From a virus (Duplodnaviria > Caudoviricetes): 63,293 bases of DNA. Location of the stretch: positions 1 to 63,293 of the IMG/VR virus record IMGVR_UViG_3300025875_000021. One strand, written 5' to 3'. Under the pieces are notes generated by a model. The model worked only from the letters and a program-made list of their open reading frames with translations, was not told the DNA's origin and did no database searches. Shown here one piece after another: positions 10,174 through 18,544 of the stretch (position 1 is the stretch's first letter; every line of letters begins with the position of its first letter). The translations under genes and the position numbers were made by a program.

Positions 10174-10612
10174 ACAGAACATTTGCCCATCATGCGAATG
10201 GAATGAATCTTCGGGGACGCTTCATCCTTCTCGATGTCCGGATTCTCCTTTTCACTATCAGGCTTTAGCCGAAGTCCGCTCGGTTAGCAGCACCGGCGGA
10301 GAGAAGGGGGTCAAGGCCCAGCGCCTATCGCTTCTCCCCTCCGCTGCGCTGAACCGCATCAGCGAGGTCTACCACTTCGGTGCCAGCAAGTACTCCGCGC
10401 ACAACTGGCGGAAGGGCTACGAGTGGTCGAAGTCGTACGACGCGCTTCAGCGACACCTCAACGCTTGGTGGGAGCGTGAGGAGACCGATCCCGAGTCCGG
10501 CCTGAGCCACTTGGCACACGCCGGCTTCCACCTGTTCGCCCTGATCACCTGGGACCGTGACCCGCGGTACCAGATCTTCGACGATCGCTACACCCCCGAA
10601 GAGGCGTCATGA
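10166..10612 (+). CDS. dATP/dGTP diphosphohydrolase domain protein (DUF5664-like)
   Basis: RLSLLP, FGASKYSAHNWRKG, ALQRHL, DPESGLSHLAHA. Confidence 0.85.
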   Translation: MAEQNICPSCEWNESSGTLHPSRCPDSPFHYQALAEVRSVSSTGGEKGVKAQRLSLLPSAALNRISEVYHFGASKYSAHNWRKGYEWSKSYDALQRHLNAWWEREETDPESGLSHLAHAGFHLFALITWDRDPRYQIFDDRYTPEEAS

Positions 10613-10944
10613 AGGGCCTACAGCAACTGAAGCAGTTCGGTCTCAACTTGCTGATCGTTCTGATGTTCATGGTTGGTCTGAGTCTCATCACAGACCAAGG
10701 TCCTGGCGATTGGGGTTGGCACGACGGACTGGGTCTTGTCGTTATTCTTCTTGCCATCGACATCATGCTCGATCGTAAGGAGCGAAAGAACCGAGTGGTT
10801 GTCGTCACTCGGTACGCCAACGAGACGGATGTCGAGGTCGAGAAGATGCTTCTCGACTATGACTGGCCTGAGGCAACGGTGGATCTCCTGATGAAGGAGC
10901 TCCGCAGAAGTGGCTACGGCTTCTGGAGAAGGAGGAAGAAATAA
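10609..10944 (+). CDS. Membrane protein, 2 TM
   Basis: Two hydrophobic stretches; overlapping start. Confidence 0.7.
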   Translation: MKGLQQLKQFGLNLLIVLMFMVGLSLITDQGPGDWGWHDGLGLVVILLAIDIMLDRKERKNRVVVVTRYANETDVEVEKMLLDYDWPEATVDLLMKELRRSGYGFWRRRKK

Positions 10945-11219
10945 TGGGCCAGTACCTGCCAAAGCGCAGCAACGTCGAGGCACACCAGCTCAAGCACGAC
11001 AACGCCGATGACCTGGCACGTCTCTGCGGAGGCGTCGTGGTCGAGGAGCGTGATCCTGAAACCAACAAGCGATTCCCCGGAATCAACGTGCCCACCCTCA
11101 AGGGGATGAAGCGCCTTGGCTTCGAGGACTACCTCGTGCAGGATGCCAACAGCGGTGCCTGGAGCGTCGTGCGGAAGCACGGGTTCGAAGCTGCATATTC
11201 GGAGGCCGAGGATGGCTAA
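10944..11219 (+). CDS. Hypothetical protein, similar to the N-terminal domain of 11602
   Basis: VEAHQL..LARLCGG..INVP..DYLV pattern. Confidence 0.75.
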   Translation: MGQYLPKRSNVEAHQLKHDNADDLARLCGGVVVEERDPETNKRFPGINVPTLKGMKRLGFEDYLVQDANSGAWSVVRKHGFEAAYSEAEDG

Positions 11220-11487
11220 CACACCGAAGGCCATCACCGTCAAGGTGGACGTCAAGCCGACCACACCGCTGCAGAGGAAGTTCACGTACGCGTGGGGTGC
11301 CTGGGCTCTCATGTTCTTCGCCTTCGAGGGTTGGGCGATCTTCAACAAAACGTCCGGCGATACCCTCAGCGAGCACACGCGTCACTACTTCCGAGTGAAG
11401 GGTCCCGTCGGTACTGCCGTGTTCCTCGGTATGTTCGGCACCTTCGCTGCGTGGTTCTCCGCACACATCATCCAACGGAAGGTCTGA
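11212..11487 (+). CDS. Membrane protein
   Basis: ATG 11212 after ggagg; two TM segments; GDTLSEH. Confidence 0.75.
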   Translation: MANTPKAITVKVDVKPTTPLQRKFTYAWGAWALMFFAFEGWAIFNKTSGDTLSEHTRHYFRVKGPVGTAVFLGMFGTFAAWFSAHIIQRKV

Positions 11488-11561
11488 TGATCGTAGACCT
11501 TCTTCTCATCATTGCGATCTGTTTGATGGTCGCATATCTAGTCGACACCTGGCTCCCGTAA
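11487..11561 (+). CDS. 24-aa hydrophobic peptide
   Basis: TGATG coupling; MIVDLLLIIAICLMVAYLVDTWLP. Confidence 0.45.
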   Translation: MIVDLLLIIAICLMVAYLVDTWLP

Positions 11562-11601
11562 CACCTCCCGCATCACAACATCTCTCAGAACGGACAATGA
11601 A

Positions 11602-12255
11602 ATGCTCGAGACTCTGAACTACACCCGCAACCCGTCCGACATCGAGGCTGTCCGAGTCACCAGGGCCAACATGGAGGACGTCGCTTCCTGGTGTGGGGCC
11701 GAGGTCCTGACGGCCGGCAAGGCGAAGTTCATCGACGTGCCCGTCTACAAGCCGCAGAACGACCGGCTCAAGAAGGCGTTCATCGGTGACTTCGTCGTGT
11801 TCGACGGTCGAGGCTTCAAGGTCTACATGCCGAAGTCGTTCAACGCCAGCTTCCGCAAGAAGTCGAACACAGTCAACCTGCGACCAACGGCCGGTGACCA
11901 CCCGGACGTGGCCCTCGAGGTCGTTCAGGTTGTAGATCCTTCACGGGCCGATGCTCTGCTGAGGGAGGTCGTGGAGACCTCTCCGACGGTCGTCAAGAAG
12001 CGAACCATTCCCACGGCCAAGGGCGGAGTCAAGCACTCCTACCTTCAGCCGTCGGAGCCCCAGGACGGACCCCAGGAGCTCAGTCCCGAGCAGTTCAGGC
12101 AGATGTACCAGCCGCCGATTGTCCCGGACGTCACGCCGGGCTCCGTCGGGGTCACTGCCCACCCGGGCGACATGCCGGGGGTGTCGGAGGAGGTCCAGAT
12201 CGACGGTGAGACCGGAGTGGCGTACTCAGCTCCGTCTCCGGACCTGGTCGACTAA
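11602..12255 (+). CDS. Hypothetical protein
   Basis: IEAVRVT..VASWCGA..AFIGDFVV domain plus a Pro-rich tail. Confidence 0.8.
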   Translation: MLETLNYTRNPSDIEAVRVTRANMEDVASWCGAEVLTAGKAKFIDVPVYKPQNDRLKKAFIGDFVVFDGRGFKVYMPKSFNASFRKKSNTVNLRPTAGDHPDVALEVVQVVDPSRADALLREVVETSPTVVKKRTIPTAKGGVKHSYLQPSEPQDGPQELSPEQFRQMYQPPIVPDVTPGSVGVTAHPGDMPGVSEEVQIDGETGVAYSAPSPDLVD

Positions 12256-12260
12256 CGGCC

Positions 12261-12467
12261 ATGGCGTACGCCGTGTACAAGACGGAGCTAGCTTTCCTTC
12301 CTGATTCTGTAGTTGAGCTCATTGCACAACTGGAGTGTGCTCTTCGAGAGACAGACTACAAGCAGGTGCAGCTAAGCTACGGACTCGAGCCGAAGCGGCT
12401 CCCAACCGTACACGTGATCGTGGAGGTACCGGACGAGTGCCTTCCAGAGAATCGAAAGGGGGCGTAG
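12261..12467 (+). CDS. Hypothetical protein
   Basis: Short ORF in operon orientation. Confidence 0.5.
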   Translation: MAYAVYKTELAFLPDSVVELIAQLECALRETDYKQVQLSYGLEPKRLPTVHVIVEVPDECLPENRKGA

Positions 12468-12633
12468 AATGGGCAACTCTTGGCGCGGTTCGCGCTGGAG
12501 CTAGTTCCGTCCATAATGGTCCAAAACGAAGAGAAAGGGGCGCATCATGCGTGGCGTCGCCTGGAAGTAGTAAGTAGCTGGTGGCACTGGCCGGGAGGCG
12601 CACTGCACCACACCATATCCGAAAGGAGTACTT

Positions 12634-12816
12634 ATGCCTGACGGATCATGGGGTAAGAAGCCCAAGTACGACGTTCGTAAGGGTTCAGACGGTATGTGGC
12701 GAGCATATTACATGGGCTATCCAATGCACGAAGACGGCGTGTCGAAGGGCGTTGCTCGACTGCGAGCTAAACACTTTGAACAGGGCATCATATCCCAAGA
12801 CAGGAGCCTTAAATGA
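12634..12816 (+). CDS. Hypothetical protein
   Basis: Strong RBS aaaggag. Confidence 0.7.
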   Translation: MPDGSWGKKPKYDVRKGSDGMWRAYYMGYPMHEDGVSKGVARLRAKHFEQGIISQDRSLK

Positions 12817-12977
12817 TCACTCAGAAAGATCTCAAAACTCCGCCTCGCTCTGCCGAAGACATCAACAAGGACCTCGAACGAGCATGGGTTCGTCACAGGC
12901 TCGGTAGCAACCGGGGTGAGAAGCGAAACTTTCGTCAGTTCGACGAGTTGCTCGACGAACGTCTTAGCGTCGGCTGA
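12813..12977 (+). CDS. Small hypothetical protein (54 aa, not in ORF track)
   Basis: Overlaps the preceding gene and has TGATG coupling to the next; MITQKDLK... Confidence 0.55.
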   Translation: MITQKDLKTPPRSAEDINKDLERAWVRHRLGSNRGEKRNFRQFDELLDERLSVG

Positions 12978-13609
12978 TGGCTAAGGACCGCGCGCGATTC
13001 GGTCCTGAAGATGACCTGACCCTCGACCTCCCTATCAAATTCCGCCGTCCTGAAAGGACTTCATCTAAAATGATCACAAATGCCTGTCTAGCTCGAGGCT
13101 GCAAGGTTGTCTTGGACATGGGTTATACCCTCGAAGATCATATCGCCAGTTGCTCGCAGAACCCGCAGCCCAGTGATGGTTTCTGCGCCTACTGTGGAGC
13201 TTGGAAGCCAAACGCCCTCGGTATGTGCGGTTCATGCGGGCGTTACCCCAACAACCCCGTAAGCATGTGGCCTGGTGATGAGGTGCCCCGTGCGACGCCC
13301 AAGGTTGATCACCCTGAGGGTGTTTCCAACGGCTGCGTCGTCTGGCCGGGAACGAACAAGTCGAGGGACTACCACGCATATCCGTGCCCGGAAGCTTCGA
13401 AGTCTCAGACTCAGGTCGTCACGTGGAACGACTTCTCCAACGACGAGGAGCGTACCGCTTACCAGCCTATCGATTTCAACGAAATGTTATACTGGCTTAA
13501 GGACCGCCTGTTTAATGCGATTCAGGAAGATATCAACATGGCACTTTCACACGGAGAAGATTGGCGTGAGAAGTACGACGGCGACACCATCGTTCGCGGA
13601 TACAACTGA
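12977..13609 (+). CDS. Cys-rich (Zn-ribbon) hypothetical protein
   Basis: CAYC..CGSC; coupled stops and starts. Confidence 0.65.
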   Translation: MAKDRARFGPEDDLTLDLPIKFRRPERTSSKMITNACLARGCKVVLDMGYTLEDHIASCSQNPQPSDGFCAYCGAWKPNALGMCGSCGRYPNNPVSMWPGDEVPRATPKVDHPEGVSNGCVVWPGTNKSRDYHAYPCPEASKSQTQVVTWNDFSNDEERTAYQPIDFNEMLYWLKDRLFNAIQEDINMALSHGEDWREKYDGDTIVRGYN

Positions 13610-13794
13610 TGAGGTTCATCTCCAACGCTAACTTCTTCGAAATCAAGGTCGACATGCGACCGTTCCGAGAAGCCATGCTTCAGGTTTTAGAAGGCGCTAC
13701 TCAGATGTCTAAGACCCTGCAGCGAAATGCAGAAGCACGTCGCGCCATCACAACTTCGTCCGCTCCATTCATTCTCGAAGGGATCGACATCTAA
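13609..13794 (+). CDS. Hypothetical protein
   Basis: Translationally coupled at both ends. Confidence 0.6.
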   Translation: MRFISNANFFEIKVDMRPFREAMLQVLEGATQMSKTLQRNAEARRAITTSSAPFILEGIDI

Positions 13795-14048
13795 TGAGCA
13801 CTGGAACGATCGCAGCACCGATCACGCCCACCCAGGACCTCCCGTCCGAGGAGCTGGAGATCAGTCCTCCCGACGGGATGTCCCATTACGCCCGACGCGA
13901 CAAGCTGGTCGAGCCCGGTGGTATCCTCACTGCCCTCTGTGGCAAGAAGTGGATTCCGCAGGAGCGCTTCCTCAGCGACAGCGACAAGCCGATCTGCCCG
14001 AAGTGTAAGGAGCTCATGGAGTTCCTCGAAGCGATGGATGGAGTTTGA
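13794..14048 (+). CDS. DUF3039-like Zn-binding protein
   Basis: SHY..ALCGKKWIP..PICPKCKE, typical of this actinobacterial family. Confidence 0.7.
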   Translation: MSTGTIAAPITPTQDLPSEELEISPPDGMSHYARRDKLVEPGGILTALCGKKWIPQERFLSDSDKPICPKCKELMEFLEAMDGV

Positions 14049-14049
14049 C

Positions 14050-14757
14050 ATGACCACGTACCGCGAAGATCTGCAGCTGGCTCTCGAGGCCATCGAAAAC
14101 GCGATCGAAGAGCGTAAGAGGTGGCAATTCAATAACAACGACGCATTCAACCGAACCAGCAATAACGAATGGCCCATGGCTGACATGCTCCTCAAGAAGG
14201 GCGAGCTCCTCTGCGCCATCGAGGAGCTGGACGAGAAGAAGCCATCGGAGCCAGAGCCTTGGCCGGCTTATTGCCTGTGGTGCGCTTACGAGCGTCCACT
14301 GAACGCCAGTGTGATCTGCCCATCGTGTGCGAAGATGGAGTGGACGATCTGGAAGAGCAATGCTGGAATCAAGCGTAAGGCAGCAAATTGGACTCCCGAC
14401 AACGTCATCGTCGACGAGATCCAGGCTTGGAGTGCGGCGAACCCATCGCTGGGTACAGTGGTGCGGTCATGCATCGAAGAACAGCACCGTATTTGCGAAC
14501 TGCGCCACTGCAAGTTCTGCGAAAAATGGCGTAACTTCATCGAGTACCGTTGTGCTGGGTGTGGTCGGCACAAGGACGATGAGCCCATGACGCTCCTCCC
14601 TCGACTCAACTGGCTCTGGGACCGGCTCGAGCAGGTCAACGCGTTCATCAACGAGAATGTCAAGGAGGACAAGCCGATTGCGTTGAGAATACAGCGCGAG
14701 CGCAACCGTCTCCTCGACGAGATCGAGATCTGCAAGCGGGAAGGACAGACGCTCTGA
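14050..14757 (+). CDS. Cys-rich hypothetical protein
   Basis: ATG 14050 after ggag; several CxxC motifs. Confidence 0.65.
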   Translation: MTTYREDLQLALEAIENAIEERKRWQFNNNDAFNRTSNNEWPMADMLLKKGELLCAIEELDEKKPSEPEPWPAYCLWCAYERPLNASVICPSCAKMEWTIWKSNAGIKRKAANWTPDNVIVDEIQAWSAANPSLGTVVRSCIEEQHRICELRHCKFCEKWRNFIEYRCAGCGRHKDDEPMTLLPRLNWLWDRLEQVNAFINENVKEDKPIALRIQRERNRLLDEIEICKREGQTL

Positions 14758-14918
14758 TGGATACGTCAAAGGTCTACCTGCCGTTCGATGTCCCCAAGCC
14801 TGCTACTACTGGTCGGGTATCGTTGGTCAGTATGGCTTGGACTGATGCTGACGGACAACCTCGAACGGCTCATTACTCGATCGATCCGGTTACCGGTGAG
14901 TATAAGAGGTTGCCGTAG
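14757..14918 (+). CDS. Small hypothetical protein (53 aa, not in ORF track)
   Basis: Stop/start overlaps on both sides. Confidence 0.5.
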   Translation: MDTSKVYLPFDVPKPATTGRVSLVSMAWTDADGQPRTAHYSIDPVTGEYKRLP

Positions 14919-15184
14919 TGGACGACTATATCACTAAGTCGACAGCAATTCTGACGATGGCTCTGACTTTCGTGCTGGTTGCCGAGAAGGCTTTTCAGCA
15001 CGAGAGGTCGGTTAGCTCTCTGTGGCAGGACTTCAAGTCACGCAAGGCTCAATACGAAGCACGAGTGATGGCTGACGCAATCGTTCTCTGCTACGGACCA
15101 CAGTTGGACGACGCGGCCATTGCTAGATCTCTCGATGCGTTTCGTCGTGAGATCAGTGAGGCTGAGCACAGGAACTACTCATGA
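14918..15184 (+). CDS. Hypothetical protein
   Basis: Coupled GTG start; N-terminal hydrophobic segment. Confidence 0.55.
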   Translation: MDDYITKSTAILTMALTFVLVAEKAFQHERSVSSLWQDFKSRKAQYEARVMADAIVLCYGPQLDDAAIARSLDAFRREISEAEHRNYS

Positions 15185-15255
15185 ACGCTTTCGTCTTCGC
15201 GGTCGGTACCGGTCTCGGTATCATCGCCTTATTCAAGAAGTTGGAGATCATCTGA
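15181..15255 (+). CDS. 24-aa hydrophobic peptide
   Basis: ATGA and TGATG overlaps; MNAFVFAVGTGLGIIALFKKLEII. Confidence 0.45.
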   Translation: MNAFVFAVGTGLGIIALFKKLEII

Positions 15256-16232
15256 TGTCTCTCAGTTATATTGGAACGCGCACATCCACAAACAAGGGCG
15301 TGCCCTTCAAGCGCATGAGGGAGGACGTCGAGTCCTTCAGCATGACCGACTTCTCGGCTTCTCACTACGGTGACGGGTTGCTCAGCATCGGTTCGGTGAA
15401 CGTCAAGAACCTCGAGCTGAAGGATGCTGTACTCGACGACTTCTATCGAGTGCTCTACATGCCTTACGCCAACGGTGTGCTGTCTTCGTTCACCGTCAGC
15501 CACATCACAGCAACAAACCTTGAGCGAGGCTTCTCGCACCTCAAGGAGGCTCATGATGGCTACTTCCTCGATGTCGAGGCCGTTGCTCGACTCGGTACAA
15601 CGACCGATATTCCGTGTGGGTTCGCTACCGGCGATTACCCGACCAGCGACATCGTCTACGAGCGCTGCTATGCCGGTGGCTTCCAGCAGCACCGCAAGGA
15701 GGGGTCGTACTGGAACGGTGACGGCTTCTCCGACGAGCGCCAGGCAACAGGCATGGCTTATCTCAACTGCGCTGCCATGGACAACGCTGATGCGGGTCTC
15801 GACACCAAGAGCGTAGGCGTTGTGGTTCGGGGGTTTAGCTCATACGGCAACGGGCGAAACCTGCGTCTCTGGGGTTCCGGAACCATCGAGGACTTCGCGT
15901 CCAAGGACCCGCGCAATGCTCATATCTGGGTGGGCGGAGAGGACCGTCTCGGTACCTACACCATCACTCGTCCGGTCTTCTCGGGTGGTAGCGACAAGCC
16001 GCACATCCAGATCGAAAGCGGGTGGGACGGCGCGAAGATCATCGTCATCGATCCGGTAGTTCCTGCGGGTGAGGAGCTGCGGATCGTTCAAAGTGGAACA
16101 GGCCTCCGCGTCCCGGTGGAGATCAGCTACACCAAGCCGGCTCGAGTTCCGCGAGTCCTGCCTACGACGGTTGTCGTCGACGGCGCAACATATTCCGGTG
16201 AGCTCACTGAGGTCCTTGAGGAGAAGTCATAA
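15255..16232 (+). CDS. Right-handed beta-helix (pectate-lyase-like) protein
   Basis: YWNGDGFSDE..DNADAGLDTK..GNGRNLRLW matches the beta-helix of 48079. Confidence 0.65.
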   Translation: MSLSYIGTRTSTNKGVPFKRMREDVESFSMTDFSASHYGDGLLSIGSVNVKNLELKDAVLDDFYRVLYMPYANGVLSSFTVSHITATNLERGFSHLKEAHDGYFLDVEAVARLGTTTDIPCGFATGDYPTSDIVYERCYAGGFQQHRKEGSYWNGDGFSDERQATGMAYLNCAAMDNADAGLDTKSVGVVVRGFSSYGNGRNLRLWGSGTIEDFASKDPRNAHIWVGGEDRLGTYTITRPVFSGGSDKPHIQIESGWDGAKIIVIDPVVPAGEELRIVQSGTGLRVPVEISYTKPARVPRVLPTTVVVDGATYSGELTEVLEEKS

Positions 16233-16456
16233 TGGAGCGCAACATCATCGCACTACTGCTCGGCTTTATTGGCGGTGTGCTCGCTGTCCTGGGGTACGGA
16301 ACGAAGCTCCAGAGGGAGCGAGACTTCCGGGAGGCCTGTATGCGTGAGGAGCTCCGACGGAAGAACACTGAGGCGTTCGAGCTCTGGGAGTATGGTTCTC
16401 GACCCGTGCCGCTTGTCGAGTACCGTTCCCCGTTCAAGAACCGTGGGTGGCACTGA
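16232..16456 (+). CDS. Small membrane-anchored protein
   Basis: N-terminal TM segment; coupled start. Confidence 0.65.
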   Translation: MERNIIALLLGFIGGVLAVLGYGTKLQRERDFREACMREELRRKNTEAFELWEYGSRPVPLVEYRSPFKNRGWH

Positions 16457-16662
16457 TGGACAAGCCACCGTTTAATCAGAGACATGACCGGGTCTGCCGG
16501 AAGCTGGGGGAAGGAAAGGCATCGGAGCCTGCCGAAACTCTCGAGGAGGCCATCGCATACGGGCACTTCCGTGCGAAGCTTCTCGGGATCCGGCAGATCG
16601 TCCGACCTGCAAGGAGCTTCCCTCCGCAGCGAGTGTGGTACTCCCAAAGTGTGGGGCGCTGA
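16456..16662 (+). CDS. Hypothetical protein
   Basis: TGATG coupling. Confidence 0.5.
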   Translation: MDKPPFNQRHDRVCRKLGEGKASEPAETLEEAIAYGHFRAKLLGIRQIVRPARSFPPQRVWYSQSVGR

Positions 16663-16811
16663 TGGAGCCATATCTCAACCTCATCCAGCGACTCAGTAAG
16701 TGGTGGAGCCGCAAGCAGGGCGAGGCCGAGCTGCGTATGGAGATGGGTGCGCAGCTCCGACAGCAGAGGGAGCTTAAGAAGCACCCGAACTGGGAGGACC
16801 ATCAGGGGTAG
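16662..16811 (+). CDS. Small hypothetical protein (49 aa, not in ORF track)
   Basis: TGATG coupling; MEPYLNLIQR... Confidence 0.5.
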   Translation: MEPYLNLIQRLSKWWSRKQGEAELRMEMGAQLRQQRELKKHPNWEDHQG

Positions 16812-16828
16812 TCGGTGAGGTGGGGTTC

Positions 16829-16862
16829 TCGCGAGAATTACAAGGGCTATAATGAGAACCCC
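16829..16862 (+). promoter_or_regulatory. Conserved phage promoter-like motif
   Basis: TCGCGAgaattacaagggcTATAATgagaacccc. Confidence 0.85.
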
Positions 16863-16881
16863 ACCCCATTTGGAGAATCCC

Positions 16882-17046
16882 ATGAACAAGACCATCAAGA
16901 CCGCCAGCCAGACTGCTGTCGTCTTCGTCGCCACCTCACTCGCCCTCACGGCCTACAACACCGTGAAGAACGAGATGGCCAGCCGCGAAGATGCCCGTAA
17001 GTTCTACGCTGCGCTCCCCGCCACGTCTCGCCGGATCACCAACTAG
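16882..17046 (+). CDS. Small cassette protein with a hydrophobic segment
   Basis: RBS ggag then ATG 16882. Confidence 0.75.
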   Translation: MNKTIKTASQTAVVFVATSLALTAYNTVKNEMASREDARKFYAALPATSRRITN

Positions 17047-17059
17047 CACTCAGTTCCCC

Positions 17060-17091
17060 AGACTCAGAGACCCCACAAGGTCTCTCAGTCT
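17060..17091 (+). terminator. Cassette-end hairpin (CCACAA loop)
   Basis: agactcagagaccccacaaggtctctcagtct, identical to 60591-60622. Confidence 0.75.
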
Positions 17092-17099
17092 CAGCGTCC

Positions 17100-17134
17100 T
17101 CGCGAAATTTTCATGGCCTCTAATGAGAACCCCC
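17100..17134 (+). promoter_or_regulatory. Conserved phage promoter-like motif
   Basis: TCGCGAaattttcatggccTCTAATgagaacccc. Confidence 0.85.
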
Positions 17135-17151
17135 ACTTTGAGGAGTACGCC

Positions 17152-17292
17152 ATGACCACCATCGTCACCGTCCTGCCCCGCACCCGCTTCGCCGTCAACG
17201 CTGCTGGAGTCGCCACCGACCTCCACAACACGACGCACGTCGCCCGCTTCGCAGTCACCACGACCGGTACCACCACCGACCTCCGCAAGTAG
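17152..17292 (+). CDS. 46-aa cassette peptide with an internal repeat (not in ORF track)
   Basis: RBS gaggag; MTTIVTVLPRTRFAVNAAGVATDLHNTTHVARFAVTTTGTTTDLRK. Confidence 0.75.
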   Translation: MTTIVTVLPRTRFAVNAAGVATDLHNTTHVARFAVTTTGTTTDLRK

Positions 17293-17305
17293 TTCCCAAG
17301 ACCTC

Positions 17306-17330
17306 TAGACACCACTAACCCTGGTGTCTA
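17306..17330 (+). terminator. Hairpin (AGACACCA type)
   Basis: tagacacca-ctaaccc-tggtgtcta. Confidence 0.6.
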
Positions 17331-17355
17331 AGTCTCAGCCTCCGAAGGAGTTCTC

Positions 17356-17781
17356 ATGCTCAGCAAGTCCACAGTCGCTCGACTGACCATCGCTGCAGGT
17401 GTCGGAATCCTGGCACACGCTGTCGGATTCATCCACTCGGCGCTCAAGACCGACCTGGCACCCCCGCCTGTAGACCCCGTCGAGACCTTCGCCGGCATCG
17501 TGCTCCTGCCCGAGAACTTCGACGCGATCCTCGGACACACGGCGATGGTCACGCTCGACGAGCTCACGAACATGTACGTCGACATGTACGACAACCTCGC
17601 CGGCGAGTACGGCATCTTCGTGCCCTCCCTGCCCAACGACGAAGGTGAGCTGACCGCCGCATACGGCTGCATGCCGGTGTCGACGTTCAACGACTACTAC
17701 CGCGTCCGCAATATCGACCAGTTCCGCATCGCTCGGGAGTTCGTCGAGATCCAGCAGATCCCCATCACCGACCCGCTCTAA
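17356..17781 (+). CDS. Hypothetical protein, N-terminal TM or signal
   Basis: RBS aaggag. Confidence 0.8.
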   Translation: MLSKSTVARLTIAAGVGILAHAVGFIHSALKTDLAPPPVDPVETFAGIVLLPENFDAILGHTAMVTLDELTNMYVDMYDNLAGEYGIFVPSLPNDEGELTAAYGCMPVSTFNDYYRVRNIDQFRIAREFVEIQQIPITDPL

Positions 17782-17810
17782 CCCATCTCTCTGTCCTGAA
17801 GGGACATACC

Positions 17811-18149
17811 ATGATCGAGATCAACGGAAACCGCTTCGTCAGCAAGTTCTTCCAGATGGACCCGAAGACGGAGGACCTCCTGTCCAACGGGTCCATGCTG
17901 AAGGAGGGGATGGTCGTCATGATCGAGGACGACTTCGGCCGTGTGGACGTCGAGAGGGACACGAAGGTCGAACGGTACGACCTCGCTCGTGCTCTCGAGA
18001 ACAACCGGTGGTGCACCGTCAGCGAGATCGAGACGCACAGCCAGAACTACGACATCATCTCGTTCGTCGCCACCTACGAGGACGGCACCAAGAAGAAGCG
18101 GACCTTCAACAAGAGCTACGCCTGGTACGTCAAGCTCGACAGCATCTGA
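17811..18149 (+). CDS. Hypothetical protein
   Basis: RBS aaggg; GC3-rich codons. Confidence 0.8.
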   Translation: MIEINGNRFVSKFFQMDPKTEDLLSNGSMLKEGMVVMIEDDFGRVDVERDTKVERYDLARALENNRWCTVSEIETHSQNYDIISFVATYEDGTKKKRTFNKSYAWYVKLDSI

Positions 18150-18190
18150 TCCAGCAGATCCCCACCCCCTTCTAGCACCAGGAGACCGTC

Positions 18191-18544
18191 ATGCTCACCA
18201 CTGCCAAGAACAAGGTCAACGAGACCATCGAGCACGTCCGCAACCACAAGAAGGTCTACGTCGTCGCAGGTGTCGCCGGCGTCTACTTGGTCGGCAACTT
18301 GCGCGGCTTCAAGAAGTGCTACGAGGTCACCATGCCGCTCGCCGTCGAGGCAGCCAAGACCACGGCGGTCGACGAGTACCTCATCGGCGTAGCCAAGCAG
18401 GGACTCATCCCGCTCGAGGCCACCGAGACGGAGTTCCACGTCATGATGGGCGCTCTGGTCAACGCCGGCCTCAAGACCCCCGAGGTCGCCAAGGAGGCCA
18501 CGGAGATGGTCAACGAGATGTTCAAGCTGTACCTGGAGAAGTGA
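18191..18544 (+). CDS. Hypothetical protein with a TM segment
   Basis: RBS aggag. Confidence 0.8.
   Translation: MLTTAKNKVNETIEHVRNHKKVYVVAGVAGVYLVGNLRGFKKCYEVTMPLAVEAAKTTAVDEYLIGVAKQGLIPLEATETEFHVMMGALVNAGLKTPEVAKEATEMVNEMFKLYLEK

Noticed and set aside
9598-10612. 2-aminoadenine (Z) or 7-deazaguanine genome
   Set aside because: No purZ or preQ0-pathway genes recognised
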